Shown: positions 1-24,436 of the stretch, piece after piece
Position numbering within the stretch: the stretch's first letter is position 1
How the letters are laid out: each line of letters opens with the position of its first letter
From: Amoebidium appalachense
Lineage: Eukaryota > Protista > Ichthyosporea
NCBI GenBank assembly: GCA_963693365.1
Contig: CAVNZM010000004.1
Span: 5,210,564-5,274,563 of the forward strand
Direction of reading: 5' to 3'
Length of the DNA: 64,000 bases
Notes under the pieces: model-generated
Database searches by the model: none
Told to the model about the DNA's origin: nothing
The model's input: only the letters and a program-made list of their open reading frames with translations
Program-made: the position numbers and the translations under genes

Positions 1-409
1 CTAGCTCTCTGAGTCCCAGCAGTGAGAAACAAACTCTAAAGTTCAGATCTTGTGTAACAAGAGCTCGAGCACATGTAACAACGCCTGGCTCACCCGTTTT
101 CATAGTATGAATGTAGTCTGATCGAAATAGGGCATATTGCTTGCTCCCCATATTAATTCCAACTTTAAGGTATATTGCTCATGAATTGTTTCTCTTTGCG
201 CGCCGAAACTTCCCTTGCTGCAGGCACGCCGTGATATCTTGCAAGAAAAGAAAGAAAGAAAGATAGATAAATCTGTTACCGTTCCACGACAGCTGCAGAA
301 GTAACTAACTCCCATGCCTCTCCTGCCTCTAGCCTAAGATATGTACACGGGCTGTCTGATGCTTCACGGATAGCCCACGATATTGTGACAATCCTCTCCC
401 CTTCCCTCC

Positions 410-446
<37 letters not shown>

Positions 447-890
447 CCCCACCACAAAAGAAAAAAAGAAAAGAAAAGAGAAAAAGCCCTGAGAAACTTT
501 CGAAAGAAGAAAAAGGCGAAAGGGAAACTTCCGGAAATGGCCCACACAGCATATATACACCCACACACACAAGCGCTTCACATGTGGGACAGTTCCTCTC
601 CCCCCTCTCCCCCCCTCTCTCCACACACACACATCCTCTCTAGCTCATCCCACGCGAACATTTTAGTTCCCTCCTTTACGTTTGTAGCCAAATGTCTTTT
701 GAGCTACACAGCCACAGGCAATACTAAGCTCCTAGTATAGGCCACTCTTGCAGACTCAGCCCAACAAAAAAAAAAATTCGAAACTTGCCTTGAACTTTTG
801 GGTCGATAATAAGTGCGTAAATAAGAACGACTTGCGCGAAACATGACCACACGTGCATATGACAAGTAACTGATCATTCTATATGTAATA

Positions 891-1814
891 TTAATCATTC
901 CATGCGGAATATGTTGTAGCAAAATCCGGGTCTGTTGCCTGAGCCTCTACCGTCATCAAACCGAGTGCACGTGACTGGGCCTCCCCCCCCACAGTGACCG
1001 CCTTCACCACATCCACAACCGCTGCAGCCGCCGTGCGAACCAGCCCAGCCCCCTGCATGCCCCTTTCACTCTCGGACGATGCTTCGGGTGGGCGCTGGGA
1101 GGTTGTTTGGGCAACGGCAATGTCTTCGGTGCTGCAGAGAGAAATTTATGGGCGTTAGGTTAGAGTATGTGCGCTGGTAATTACATCACGCGGTTATTCG
1201 CGGCTTCGAACTATACACTGTGGCTATTTTTGAGGCGTGCTAAAATTTATCACACTGAAAGCTTGAACAGTGATGAAAATCCAAAACCAAAAATTTACAC
1301 CACCATGATATTATCATATTGATTCATAGCTAATAGTATGCATAGCCCAGGGGGTTTAAAAATTTGCCCCAGCCTTGCTGCCGGGGATGAAACAAGTACT
1401 AGGGTTTGATTTGGCATGAAGCCACGGTATACATACGAGCAAATAATGGCAACGTACATTGACTTCTATATCACTGAGAGAAGGCCTTGAAGTTCAATAA
1501 TTATATTGTAAGTTGATCCAAAAGCGGGTGGGAATTACAAAGTGGATCGCAAGGAGCTCGATGGAAAATTTTTATGTCAACTGTGCGGCGTGCAGTTTCT
1601 TGCAAAAACGTTTCTTTTGGGAAGGTGGTGGTGGCAGTGGTGGGTTTTCTTATCTTCCCTTTCGTTCTTTCCCGCTTTCTTCTTTTTTTCCCCTTCCCTT
1701 TTCTTTTCCAAGTTCTGGTTTTTCTTTTACGAAGTTATTTTTCAGAATATTTTCTTTTCTTTTTTCTTTTCTTCTCCTGCTTTTCTCTCTTTCTTTCTTT
1801 CTTTCTTTCTTTCT

Positions 1815-1856
<42 letters not shown>

Positions 1857-2317
1857 TTTTTTTTTTTTCCCCCCCGAAAAAGAGGGGGGGGGGGGGGGGG
1901 GAAAGGGGGGAGAGGGGGAATGAAGCGACTTACACAACAGCGAACTTTCCACCCAATCCAGCCATATGCAGTGCAACTCCACCCGTTGCGACATGTGTTG
2001 CAGTGTGACATTTTCCCCTGCCTTTATCTTCTTCGTTCTTTTGTTTTCCTTCCGCATTTGCTATCTCCTTTTGGTGTCCGGGGGCTCCCAGAGGAGGTCC
2101 TTCAACGGGGAGAGGGAGCCCACAGTAGAATTTCTTTGTGTGGGCCTCTGCTGCGGCGCTGGCAACGAGTTCGGGTTCGAATTCGCCCAGCAGGCCGGAG
2201 TACTTGTTGATGTCTTCGAGTCTGTTTTCTTCCTCCATTTTTGTTTCTGTTCTTAGGTTTCGTGGCTTTTTTTTTTTTTTTTTTTTTTTTTTTGGTTAAT
2301 TTTGGTTTCTGCCTCGT

Positions 2318-2401
<84 letters not shown>

Positions 2402-2836
2402 CCACCGAGGAAAAGGAGAAAAAAACGGGTGTGGTCACAAAAAGGACAACGTTAACGTACGCGTGACCCAGACACTACTACTTAATTTCAGGAAAATAAA
2501 AGCAGCAGATATGGTGGACGTTGTGGTCATTACCTGCCTGCACACAGAGTTTTCCCCAGCCGTGTGCAATTGAAACTCGTTTTCTGTTCGTTTTTTTGAC
2601 TCTCGAATTCGTTCTTCAAACAGTTTGTCTCACTTGGGCACCACTGTAATATGCATATGTTCCAGAAACCAAACTTCGGCTCTCTTTCCCCTTAATAGTC
2701 GGGAGAATCCTCGTGCTGAAAAAGAAAGGAAGAACTTGGCTGCATAAGCCACTATTTATACCTTTGTGACCCATGACATGTGCACGCACATTATGACTTC
2801 ATCTCTTGGCTTCCTGGGATCCGGGCGACCACTCAT
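891..2836 (-). CDS. Hypothetical protein, ~247 aa, 4 exons (2836-2762, 2643-2534, 2251-1934, 1131-891)
   Basis: GT-AG junctions are phase-consistent (0, 2, 2) and give an open frame MSGRPDPRKP...MEEENRLEDI...AVVTEDIAVAQ...YSAWND*. No recognisable domain. The acceptor at 2252 is weak. Confidence 0.45.
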
Positions 2837-3387
2837 AGTGCTTAGGCTTACTGACAGGTACTGTCAGGCAGGCAGAGACGAGCAGCCCCCGCATACTATC
2901 CCCCGCATGGGCCAGATCTGATGACGCCAAATAGATTTGAGTCCCGTACTTGCCATATATGGTTATTTAGGCCATCTATTTGTCGATTTTGCGTAAATAT
3001 CATTCATTTGTGAGCCACCCCAGGGCAGCCCCACATTGAAAAGCCATCGTTGTGTCAGCACTGGTGTGATATGTGTATGCATGTCACGTTGAGTTTTCGA
3101 AAGCTTTGTCGAAGTCTGAGCGAATCAGGCGCTGAACACGGATTCTCGATATGAATTGTTCTTACTTATACCAGCAGAAAAATATCCCCTTGCGCTGCGA
3201 ACTTCTATGAACAGAGCCTAGAGATGTAGGCCCTTTCTTTCACCTGTCCAGTTACAGTAACTCACTGACTTTTGGCCAAAGAAGCAAGTAAAACGAGAAC
3301 TCGTGAGTTGTGTGTGACCTTTAAACCCTCTTACACAAACCCCAACCTTACTCTTACTTTCCTGTTTGAGAGCTTCCAGTTTGAAAC

Positions 3388-12394
<9,007 letters not shown>

Positions 12395-13809
12395 TTTCCT
12401 AATGAAAAATGCAGTGAATTTATTATAATGCCAGTGGCTGCATGCCGATAGGTGAAAGTTTGCCTTGTGTTGTGAAATTCTGATTCCTGGTGGCGACCCT
12501 GGTGGAAATTTGGCATTACAGGAACTAATTTTATATGTAATTAAAGGAATATCTGTTCACTTACTGATGTGCGCATGTAGTGATACATAAATATTTAGGA
12601 TTTTTCTTCATGGTATATCTAGTGGATGTATAACTAAAGTGAAGGGCCTGGCGTGGTTGTTTGAGCCTTATGAAGTTCGAAATGGAAATTTTGCCAGAGC
12701 TTGATCCGATAAGGGCGTGGTGGCGGGGTTACTGATATCTTCGATATACATATACAGAGGCGTGATTGCATATAATGAAATCAAAAAGTATTTCTGGCCG
12801 TTTGGACCAAACAATGGAGGCGTGGTGGTGTTTTTTTTTGTTTTTTTTTTTCTTTTTTTCCCGGGGGGTTGGGGGAGAGGTGGGGGGGGGGATTAATTGG
12901 AAGAAAGGATGCCTGTGTTGATAATGCTATTGAAAAATGATGGTTGATACACCTTCAATATACACCGACAACGAGATTCGGACATCATAATAAATGAAGT
13001 CGTGCAGTTGTGTTGTGTCGGTGTATATCTATCGATTTGCTCAGGCCCAGTTTATCTGAAACTCGATTTTTTTTTTTACCCGAACGAGAACTAACCAGAA
13101 GGCCAGAGGCCGGACTCCTGAGTCCATTATAGGTTTCAGATTGATTAATATTATGTGGGCGGGTGTATATATTGGATATTCAATGTCAGGTTGTCGGCAT
13201 GGCAATGAAAGAAAACAATGTAACTACAGGATACCGCACGCACACAAGCACGCAACGCACGCACACGCACATGCACAGACACAAACATACACAATTTATC
13301 TACATATTCATCCACATGCACAAACCAATAACCAGGCACACACGTGTGAGAATGCAGTTCGTATACATACATGCTGATATGTGGGCTTTGGAACGTTCAT
13401 TTATACACGCTACACGATGAACAAGCTCCCCCGTAAACACGCATACGAACTATTTTGATGTAACTATGTACAGCCCGATCTGTAGAATGTAATATACTAT
13501 TGTATAAGAAAACAAAAGAAGTAGGAATCTAGTAGGGTCTTTTGGGGCTTGAGGCTTAGGGCAGCGGTGCTCAATATACTATAATACAGGAGGTTAAAAC
13601 AAAGGTTTGTGCGTGTTGCCATGGGGGGGGGGGGGGGGGGGGGGGTGGGGGGGAGGAGTGAAAAGGGGAGGGGGAGGGGAGGGGGAGGGGGGAGGTGAAG
13701 GAGTGAGCTAGGGGGGGGGGGGGAGGGGGAGGGGGGGGAGGTGGAGGAGTGAGACGGGGGGAGGGGGGGGGAGGGGGAGGGGGGGAGATGGAGGCCTAGG
13801 AGTGAGAAA

Positions 13810-13856
<47 letters not shown>

Positions 13857-13946
13857 GGAGGATCCAGGGAGGCCTGGGCCCCGGAGGGACAGGGGCCTTG
13901 GTAGATGATTTGGGCGAAAAAACACAGAGGGAAATGCACGGTGGCA

Positions 13947-13989
<43 letters not shown>

Positions 13990-14278
13990 ATAGCCTATCA
14001 TGTGTGCCAGTTAGCATGTGGGCATGTGTGCATTTTTGAAGCGCTCAGGGACGGGGGGGAAGGGAAGAGGGGTGGGAGGGAGGAGAGAGAGGGGGGGGTG
14101 AAGGCCTTGGGGGGAAAAGGGCGGGCGGGAAGGGGGGGGGGGGGGGGATAGGATTGTCCGCTGACGGTTTCTCTTTGATAGTGTCCCCCCTTGCACCTCT
14201 CCAACCCCGCAACCCCCAATATTTGTGCATTGATTACGCATTATTTGCTCGTTTTCTCTCCGTGTGGCCGTCTGCCTT

Positions 14279-14313
<35 letters not shown>

Positions 14314-14865
14314 TGCCTCCACCCCTCCCCCCCATCCCCCCCCCCTTCCCCCGAAGAAAAGAGTTTAAAAAAACACCAACATAGGGAAGAGGTGCAAATC
14401 GCAGTTGATACTTAAGTCGTGCTTGTCAGCTTTATTCATGTATATTTGATTATTCGTGCATATTGACAAACTCTATTCCTGTTTATTCATGCGTGAAATT
14501 GTGGAATATATGCCTGTGTATTCGTGAAAGCCCACAGCACAGTTTCAGTTTACATTTCTTAATATTAACAAAACGTCAAGGTTAATCCTTGAAGTTAGTG
14601 CACATGAACACAACACAGATTCCTTAATAGCCTTGAATAGCAGTGACCACATATTCTTCAACAAACCCTACATCATCATTTGATAATAAAAAAGACAAAC
14701 AAACAAAAGAAAACCATCCAGGAAGGCCCCGGTGCGAGAGCTGAGGCTTTTCTTTTTTTTTTTTTAAGTTTAAGTTTTTATGCCATCCCAATCCCCTCTA
14801 TCCTGCCATCCCAATCCCCTCTCCCCCCTTCCCCTTCTCCCCCCCCCCCCCCCCCCCCAATAAAC

Positions 14866-14953
<88 letters not shown>

Positions 14954-15381
14954 TTTCCCCAGCTGATCTACCTGCCCTTACTAGACTCATAGGAGGACGT
15001 GTTTGTTTTTCAGTATTGTTATTAATAATATTATTTTTAATCTTAGTTTATTTTGATCACATTTCCATGGGTTTTCCAGGTATGATGCCCTTCCCCCCCC
15101 CCCCCCCCCCCCCCCCCCCTTCCCCCCTTGCCTTCCCCTCCAACCCCCTCCCACCCCCCCCCCCCCACCCCCCTTGCCGCCCTCTCTCAAAACACACACA
15201 CACACTCACAAACCCAAACCCAGCACCCATCCTGACCCACCTTGCACCTTGGCAGTTCCCATTCGAACTCACTAAGGCCCATGTCGGGGAGCCCACCCCT
15301 CACTTCTTGCCCCCCCCCCCCCCCCCCCCCCCCCTCCCTCCTTGGTCGTCAATCATGTCACGTTGCAGGATGAAGGTGTGT

Positions 15382-15456
<75 letters not shown>

Positions 15457-15501
15457 TGTGTCTGTATGTGTGTGTGTGTGTGTGTGTGTGCGTGTGTTTG
15501 T

Positions 15502-15568
<67 letters not shown>

Positions 15569-16619
15569 TGTGTGTGTGCCAGTGTATGTGTGTGAGTGTG
15601 TGTATGCGTGCGCGCGCGATCGGAGTGCGCATGTGTGTCTGTGTGACGGAGAGGGTGTACCTTGTACGCGGATTAGTAAACTACTAGCACTTCAGCGCAT
15701 TTTATCTCGTGACTATCCAAACCTACACAGACTATCTCGTGGTGCTCAGGCCCAACCCCAGAAGGCACAAATACGGATGCTGTGAGTCAGGTAGCACTAC
15801 TGCCACCGAAATTGCACCAGAGCCTAAACCTGTGCTGCATTGGTAGTTTTATCCGGACAGTTGGATATGACGGGTGAAATTTCGAAAATCTAACGGTGGA
15901 GATTTGATTATTCAAGTTACCTACCGTGAAATCGGTATGCCGGATACTCGAACGGACAATGACGATCCCAAAGTTTTATTCAAAATTGCTACCATTCCTC
16001 CTCTCCCTCTTCCCCTCCTCTTCTCTCTGTTCCAGAGAAAGAGGCAAACATCACCAAACTGTTATATGGAAGATTTCTCACGCGTATTAGGAACCCTTTA
16101 TCTTCGTGTGGATGAGAGCCTCCCCCCTCCTCATCCCCCCCTCCCTCCCCCCCTCTCCCCCCCCCCCCCCCCCCCCCGGGTCCCCCATTTTCCCTTTCAT
16201 TTTTCGTCGCGACAAGCAAATATGCCCCCCCTCCCCCATCCCCCTTCCCGTCAAGAGAGACATTTTATATGTCATCTGCGGCTATCCCGTCGCTGGTTCT
16301 CATATTAATGAAGAGACATCTAAAATTGACTGAACCCCCCTCTACCCCCTCCCCCCTCCCCCTCCCCCCACCCCCCCCATCCCCACCCCACCACCCCAAC
16401 CTCTTCGGAATCCCTTCCTCTGGCTGCTTTTCCCTTTCTATTTGCTATCGTGCACCCCGTTCAATGACCATCCGATAATCACCCCTCCCTCTCTCCCTCC
16501 CTCCACCCCCCTCAAACCCCCCCCCCCCCCCCCCCCACCCCCCCCCAAAATAAAAAATACAGCCACACATACACACACTCTCTCTCTCCCTCAAACACAC
16601 GCACACACACACACACACA

Positions 16620-16660
<41 letters not shown>

Positions 16661-16666
16661 CCCCCC

Positions 16667-16702
<36 letters not shown>

Positions 16703-16706
16703 ACAG

Positions 16707-16740
<34 letters not shown>

Positions 16741-16769
16741 GCGCGCGCACACACACACACACAAAGGCA

Positions 16770-17681
16770 TATAACACACACAGACACTTTCTTTCTCCCA
16801 ACGGTTCCTCCCCTCACTAACTTAGCACAAGTATGTTCCGTCATAGCTTTAACTTCCTCTTGCACTTTCCTCCCCGCTTCCCACCCACTCCCCTCTCCCC
16901 CCCCCCCCCCCCCCTCTCTGTCTCTCTCTGTCTCCCCCTCCCCCCCCTCCCCTCCTCCCTCCTCCCCCTCCCGCTATCCACTTTGGTGTTCTCTGGCTCA
17001 ATACGGCAACTTCACACTCAAATTGATTCATAGACGAGGTTCGCTACTTGTTGACACACAGGCCTAAGCTGTGCCCTGTGTTGGTATGTGTTCCTGAACC
17101 CTAGCCTCACTGCCTCATGATTAAGTGTTCAAAGTTTGTTTTTAGTTTTACTTTTGGTGTTCATTTTAATTTTAATCAAGGTATTGAGAGGTTGGGGGCG
17201 GCGGGGGGGGGGGGGGGGGGGAGGGGGGAGGGGGTGGGGAGGGGGGGAGGAGGGCGGGGGAAGGGGGGGGGGGGGAGGGTTCGGTAAGGTCCAACAAAAT
17301 GAGCCAAGGATGGTATGGTGAAAGAGCCTTGGGGCATTTTTTTTATATATAATTTAATTTCTTTTTTACAACTTAAATATTTCTATAACTTGAGGGAAAC
17401 CATCTATGGCAAAAAAGGAACAACGGGGTAGAGGGGGATTGGAGTTGGGGTAGGAGGGGGGGGGCCAGGGGAGGGTAGGGGTGAAGGAAAGGGGATAGGA
17501 TCCGAGGCTAAGGGCTTGGGCGCCCCGGGAAGGGGGGGGGGGGGGGAGGGGGGGAAGAGGGAGGGGGGGGGGGGAGGGGGAGGGGGGTGGACAGAGGAGG
17601 GAGGGGGAGGGGGGAAGGGGGGCTGTCACTGTCGAAGCCATTTAGGGAAGAATTGAGAAACTGGAGGGCGACTGTGCATGC

Positions 17682-17765
<84 letters not shown>

Positions 17766-18251
17766 AAGACATGTAACACACAAATACACCTTCTTTCTCC
17801 ATTCGGTTCCTCGCCTCACTAACTTAGCACATATATATTCCATCACTGAGCTTCAACTTCCTCTTGCAACTTCCTCCCCCCCCCCCCCCCACCCCCCCAC
17901 CCCCACCCCCCTCCCCCCTCCCCCCTCCCCCCTCCCCCTCGCCCCCCTCTTCTTCCCCCCCCCCCCTCCCTCCCCACCACCATCACCCCATTTGGTGTTT
18001 TCTTGTTCAATTCCACAACTTGACACTTTGATTGATTCATAGATAAGGTTCCTTAATTGCTGCCCCACAGTTTTAAGCCGTGCGCTGTGGTGGCATTTTT
18101 CTGGGCCCGGCCGTGGAGTGTACTACTCAATGGTTCAGCGTTTTCTTCCAGATTTCAACGGTTTGTATTTTTTTCTGGTTTCACTTTCAAACTTCTAAGT
18201 TATTTATGATAGTATTCAATTCTTATTATAGTATATATATCTTAGACATAT

Positions 18252-18345
<94 letters not shown>

Positions 18346-18370
18346 TTATTAATGCTTTCTTTTTCTTTTT

Positions 18371-18417
<47 letters not shown>

Positions 18418-18490
18418 GGGGGGGGGGGGGGGGGGGGGTCCGAAGATACGATAAAACGAGCCAAGGATGGTACGCTGAAAGAGCACTAGA
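16770..18490. repeat. Diverged ~1-kb tandem duplication (about 16770-17335 vs 17770-18490)
   Basis: Blocks CGGTTCCTC..CACTAACTTAGCACA, TTGATTCATAGA and GAGCCAAGGATGGTA..TGAAAGAGC occur in the same order in both copies. Confidence 0.75.
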
Positions 18491-18685
18491 TCGACTTTCT
18501 TACCAAAACAGGGGCTGTCATCTAGGGCAGCATAGGGAACATGGGGTAGCAGGGGGGTTGGTGTACGTTGGATTTGAGGAGGGGAGGGCCTTGGGAGGGG
18601 GGGGGGGGGGGGTGAGCGTGTGCACGTGTGTATGTCTGCACGCGTGTGTGTGTGGCGCCACACATGTACACCCTTGGCGCTGTTC

Positions 18686-18734
<49 letters not shown>

Positions 18735-18753
18735 GTGTGCGTGTGTGTGCGTG

Positions 18754-18793
<40 letters not shown>

Positions 18794-18856
18794 TGAGTGA
18801 GTGAGTGTGTGTGTGTGTGTGTGTGTTAAGAACTTTGTGTGTGCGTGCCACCGTGT

Positions 18857-18945
<89 letters not shown>

Positions 18946-19200
18946 ATGTGTGTGTCTGTCACGTGTGTGTGTGTGTGTGGTGTGTGTGTGTGTGTGTGAG
19001 CATACACACGTGTGTATGCCTCTGCGCGCATGTGCATGTGGCGCCACACATGTACCCCCTCGGCACTGTTCTTTGTGTGTGTGTGTGTGTGTGTATGTGA
19101 CGGTGTGTGTGCGTGTGTGCGTGCGTGTGTGTGTGTGTGTGTGCGTGCGTATGTGTGTGTGTGTGCGTGCGTGCGCCCGCGCGTGTGTGAGTGTGTGAGT

Positions 19201-19233
<33 letters not shown>

Positions 19234-19544
19234 TCAGTGTGTGTGTGTCTGTGTGGAGTATGGTGGGTGGCAGTGTCCCAACCACAAGCCTTAGAAAGCT
19301 GGGCAGGCATGCTCCTTGTATTACTAACCAGGTCAAGACAGTGTACAGGGTTAGTCCAGGGAAGAAAAAAAAAAAACTTCACCCGTCTACAGAGGGTACA
19401 GTATTGGCATAAGCAAATCAATCAAAACACCTCTTATGGTTCGACCAGTTCCACCGAATTGTCATCTTCATGCCACCCCCCCCGTCCCCCCCCCCCCCTC
19501 CCCACCGCCACACACAAAACACACACAAACACACACACACAGAC

Positions 19545-19639
<95 letters not shown>

Positions 19640-21112
19640 TACCCCCACACAGCCTGCTATTGGTATATCGGGTTCCTCTCTTTATGTATTATCTATTTCA
19701 GAGTCGCTGTATGGACAATTTCATCAGAGATAATCCAGCACGCGTGCACCTTTGCATAAATGTGACCCTGCCTTTATGTCGATCACTAATAGTATGAGCT
19801 CCCCTTAGCCCCTCCCCTCTCGCCCTCCCCCCCCTCCCCCCCCCCCCCCCTCCACCCCCGCCGCCTCCCTCCATGCAACAGCCTTATTTTCCTCCACTCG
19901 TGTACCTAATCCACTGTTGCAATACTATTATTAGCAGCAAGAAACCGCAATGAGACATTAAAGGCACCCGGATACACAAACTGTTAACACATGCAGAGCC
20001 TGGCCCGACGGGTGGTGTTAAAGGAGGGTCATGTTGATAACAGTTTCTTTATCCGGGTGCCCGGTCTCATTGCATGTTCACAGCGGTTTCTGGTGCTAGT
20101 TTTGCAAAAGTGGATCAGGGACTTGAGTGGAGGAAAAGGGGGCTGTCGAATGGAGAGTGGGGGGGAGGGGGGGGGGGGGTTGGAGATGGGGGGAGATAAA
20201 AAGGAGAGACGAGTGTTTGGGCCGAAACTCTCACTATGTGGGATGGCGTGATGAAGGTTCGATAGGCTATCCGATTTAAAATAAAGTGCATGGTAGGGGC
20301 TGGCAGCCATTATCACGGGCCCTATAACGAACAAATCACACAGATTCTGAACTTACTGGTACACGTGGCACGTCCTTTTGCACACGGCTTAAAACTATAC
20401 ATACATACACCTGTTCACTTGACGGCCGCAGTCAGCGGTTGTACACACACACACACACACTGAAGAAGGACACACATACATTTCAAATGAGACGCGTTGA
20501 CACATGCCGCGAGCACATGCACATACAAAAACTTGATCAACACACACACCGTGGCACACACACAAATTGACAAAAGTTAAGGGTGATGGTGCTGCAGCTA
20601 AGCAAATACTCAAAATGGAAATTTGGCACGGCAAGGGGTCATTGGCTACTAGTTTTCATTCATAACGCATTTATTGAAGGGTCACAATGTTTGCCTTGGT
20701 GTATCATCATCCGATACATATACGCACCCCAACTTACTGACGGTTATCTCGGTAAACAAATCTTCTATGTATATATGAGTTCGCGTTGTGCTTTGGTGAC
20801 AAAATTTAGTCGCTGTCAGTATCAGTGTACAATTGCCAGTCTTAAGATGAATCCCATTAGGTTTTGGTCATACGTTCCCAAACATCGATAAGCGCTGCAC
20901 TTCAAGGAAATATAAATTTCGTAACTTTGACATGCTACTATAATAGGGCCATATAGTATAGTGATTCAGGTGGTGCACACATAGCGGAGAGTCCGAGGCT
21001 GCCTAAAGTCTTCGATGATTTCATGATACACACCAGTACCCCCTACCCACCCTCAAACCACATGCCATACTAATATTTATACAACACACTATCACAGCCA
21101 AACCTATCGACC

Positions 21113-22291
21113 TCAACACTGACCATTTGTCGATTCTGCCGGCAGGTCATCCACGTCAAGAACACCGCTACCGTCAACATCATACCGGTCAAACATCGCC
21201 TCGATGAGCTTCACATCCTCGTGGTCAATACGCCCGAGTTTCTCCAGGAAGAAAAGAAGGAACTCCTGCTTGTCCACGCTGCCGTTGCAATCCTTGTCTG
21301 CTTCAAAAAGAAGCTGGCGGGTGAGGCCTCGCTCGTTCCACTTGCGAAGACGGCGGAGCTCAAACGAGCGCGTCATATGGCGCATTAACTTGGACATGCA
21401 TGCCGCGAACGCCGTCACACCAACTAGCAGGTAGTAGATCATAAACTCGCGCACGTTGGACTCTGCGAGGGGAATCTCACCGTACCCGGTGGTGGAGAGG
21501 GCGACAAACTGAAGGTAGATGCTGTCGACGAACGAGAGACCGAGGGTGCGTGTGCCGTACATGCAGCCAACAAAAATGACGACTAAGAAGGAGAAAATCA
21601 CCAAGAAGAGGGTCTTCCTGCCCTTTGTCTCAGCGTGGTCTATAGCATGGCGCGTCGGCTGGGCCGGGGACCCGGTTTCCGCGTTAAAAGCACGCGCAAG
21701 TTTATCGTTGATGCTCTGCTGCTGGCGCATCTGCAGGCGGATATCGGTCACGGCAGCGAGCACGACAGAAACACCCGTAGCCATGCCAGTGACAGCAAAG
21801 AAGATGTAGAAGCACACAAAGATCTTGGTACCGTCATTCTTGGGCGTGACATCACCAAAACCAATAGTGAGACCCGTCACGACGGCCCAATACACGGAGT
21901 CGGGGTAGAAGGTGACGCCCTCCAGGGAACTGAAAATTGCACCACCGATGAGAATGTATCCAAACACGCCCATGGCTACAAACAAGGGGCCGAGGGCCGC
22001 GAAAGAATGGGCAATCTCGCTGAACGTCTGTTGGGTAGATACGGCGGTGACTTGGTACGACTGCATCAACTTCTGCTTGGTACGCCCAGCCATCGACTGC
22101 TTCTTGGCAGCCTTTTTCATGCTCTTGGAGGTGGCACAGGCTTCATCTGCAGAGTCCACGTCGACGGGGCTACCGGGGGTTTGGACACATCCAGATATTC
22201 CGCCCTTCTTCCCATCTGGGGAAGTTGTGTCGGCCAGCTGGCTCTGACCCATGAGGGCGCTCACGGAATTTGCTATGGGACCGTTGGACAT
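21113..22291 (-). CDS. Two-pore-domain K+ channel with C-terminal EF hands (TPK/KCO-like), 392 aa, intronless
   Basis: Four hydrophobic TM segments, pore motifs TIGFGD and TTGYGE, and EF-hand loops DKDCNGSVDKQEF and DVDGSGVLDVDDL. Confidence 0.92.
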   Translation of the reverse strand: MSNGPIANSVSALMGQSQLADTTSPDGKKGGISGCVQTPGSPVDVDSADEACATSKSMKKAAKKQSMAGRTKQKLMQSYQVTAVSTQQTFSEIAHSFAALGPLFVAMGVFGYILIGGAIFSSLEGVTFYPDSVYWAVVTGLTIGFGDVTPKNDGTKIFVCFYIFFAVTGMATGVSVVLAAVTDIRLQMRQQQSINDKLARAFNAETGSPAQPTRHAIDHAETKGRKTLFLVIFSFLVVIFVGCMYGTRTLGLSFVDSIYLQFVALSTTGYGEIPLAESNVREFMIYYLLVGVTAFAACMSKLMRHMTRSFELRRLRKWNERGLTRQLLFEADKDCNGSVDKQEFLLFFLEKLGRIDHEDVKLIEAMFDRYDVDGSGVLDVDDLPAESTNGQC

Positions 22292-23552
22292 TTTGGCGAC
22301 GTGTTCACTACGCTAATGGGGATTTTGCTTTGGTGGGGGAAGTTTCGGAGCAAAATCGACTAAAACGACATTGCTGTTCGAAAGCGATACCAGTCGACTG
22401 AAAAGCTATGAACCTGCGAAAGGATTTTTATAGGCGGGCCAAAGGAGCAAATGGAATGCTGTATAAGTTAAACCAATCAAATGTCGCAAATTATACCAAG
22501 GCACGATGCGACGACGTGCCACTGTCCACCACCGTAATGCTGGGATATATGTAGCGGCCCCACTAGCGGGGCTCACCCTCCCTACCGGGGAACTGTATAT
22601 CAGTGTATTGTCTTGCACAACCACAAGCGTGTCCCGCAACGAGGGAGAGACACGTACGGATCTGTTTTTCGTGACGTACAGTTGTAGAGGGAACAACAGA
22701 CTCTACAGAGTCGAACAGACTGATAAACTATGCATAAATGTGGAATGTTCAAGGAATGCAGACTTTGACTGATTGGCTACCGTGGAGGCGAGTTATGCAA
22801 GCTTGGGTGTCGGGCAATCACACTTATTACCTATACCTACAATAGTCAGTCACGATGATGATTTCCGCAACGTTCTACAAGTTGATAGAAACTGTCCGAA
22901 CGTTCCGATTTTTCGTCTCTCACGGTCTATGAGTTTGCCCAGTATATACATTAGCATTTCATGGCCGTGGTAAGCAGCAGCTGTGACTACGTTTTAACTA
23001 TGATGTCCGTACGCGGTCAGCATAGAACACTCGTCATTGATTGGACCAGTGAGCGTGCTCCCGGACTCGAGCTCTGTACGGCCGAGAAAGCTGGTCACTG
23101 TGATGCGTTCGAAATGCACTATACGAGATAGTAATTGCAAATGCTACGACGATTAGCCATGACGGGCGAAGCCCCATCATTGGTGCACCGAAAAATGCAT
23201 ATGGGGGGGTGCCACGGAGGAGGGGGGGGGTGGGGCAGGGCTGGGGGGGGGGGGGGGGGGGGGGGGGGGAACGTAGACACTGACTGACTGAGGAACCGGA
23301 CTCGCACACGCCGCAACACTGGCACACACATGCACACAAAGACACACGCACACACACACATGTACTCACGTGCACACACCCACATCATGTGCATGTACAT
23401 GTACACATGTACACCTTGACACACACACACACACACACAAACACACACAGTCACACACACATGTACACACGTGTACAGACACGCACACATACGCACGTGT
23501 ACATATACATACACGAGCACACACGTGTACACACCACACACACACGTGCACA

Positions 23553-24250
<698 letters not shown>

Positions 24251-24395
24251 CTCTGAGGCTAGATCATGTTCACGATTCATTACTACTGATCACTACGGTC
24301 TCCTCTCCCTCCCGCTCTCTACTACCTGATCTCGCTCGTGGCAGTGCTTGCGATTGGCTCTCTCCCTCCCCGCTTTCTCTCCTCGATGTGCAGCC

Positions 24396-24436
<41 letters not shown>

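Noticed and set aside
90-335. Possible minus-strand exons at the window start
   Set aside because: Splice-like sites exist but every join tried stops quickly and shows no recognisable homology.
19980-20935. Possible minus-strand exons
   Set aside because: Could not build a phase-consistent open gene model.
21635-22363. 242-aa + strand ORF
   Set aside because: Antisense shadow of the K+ channel CDS.
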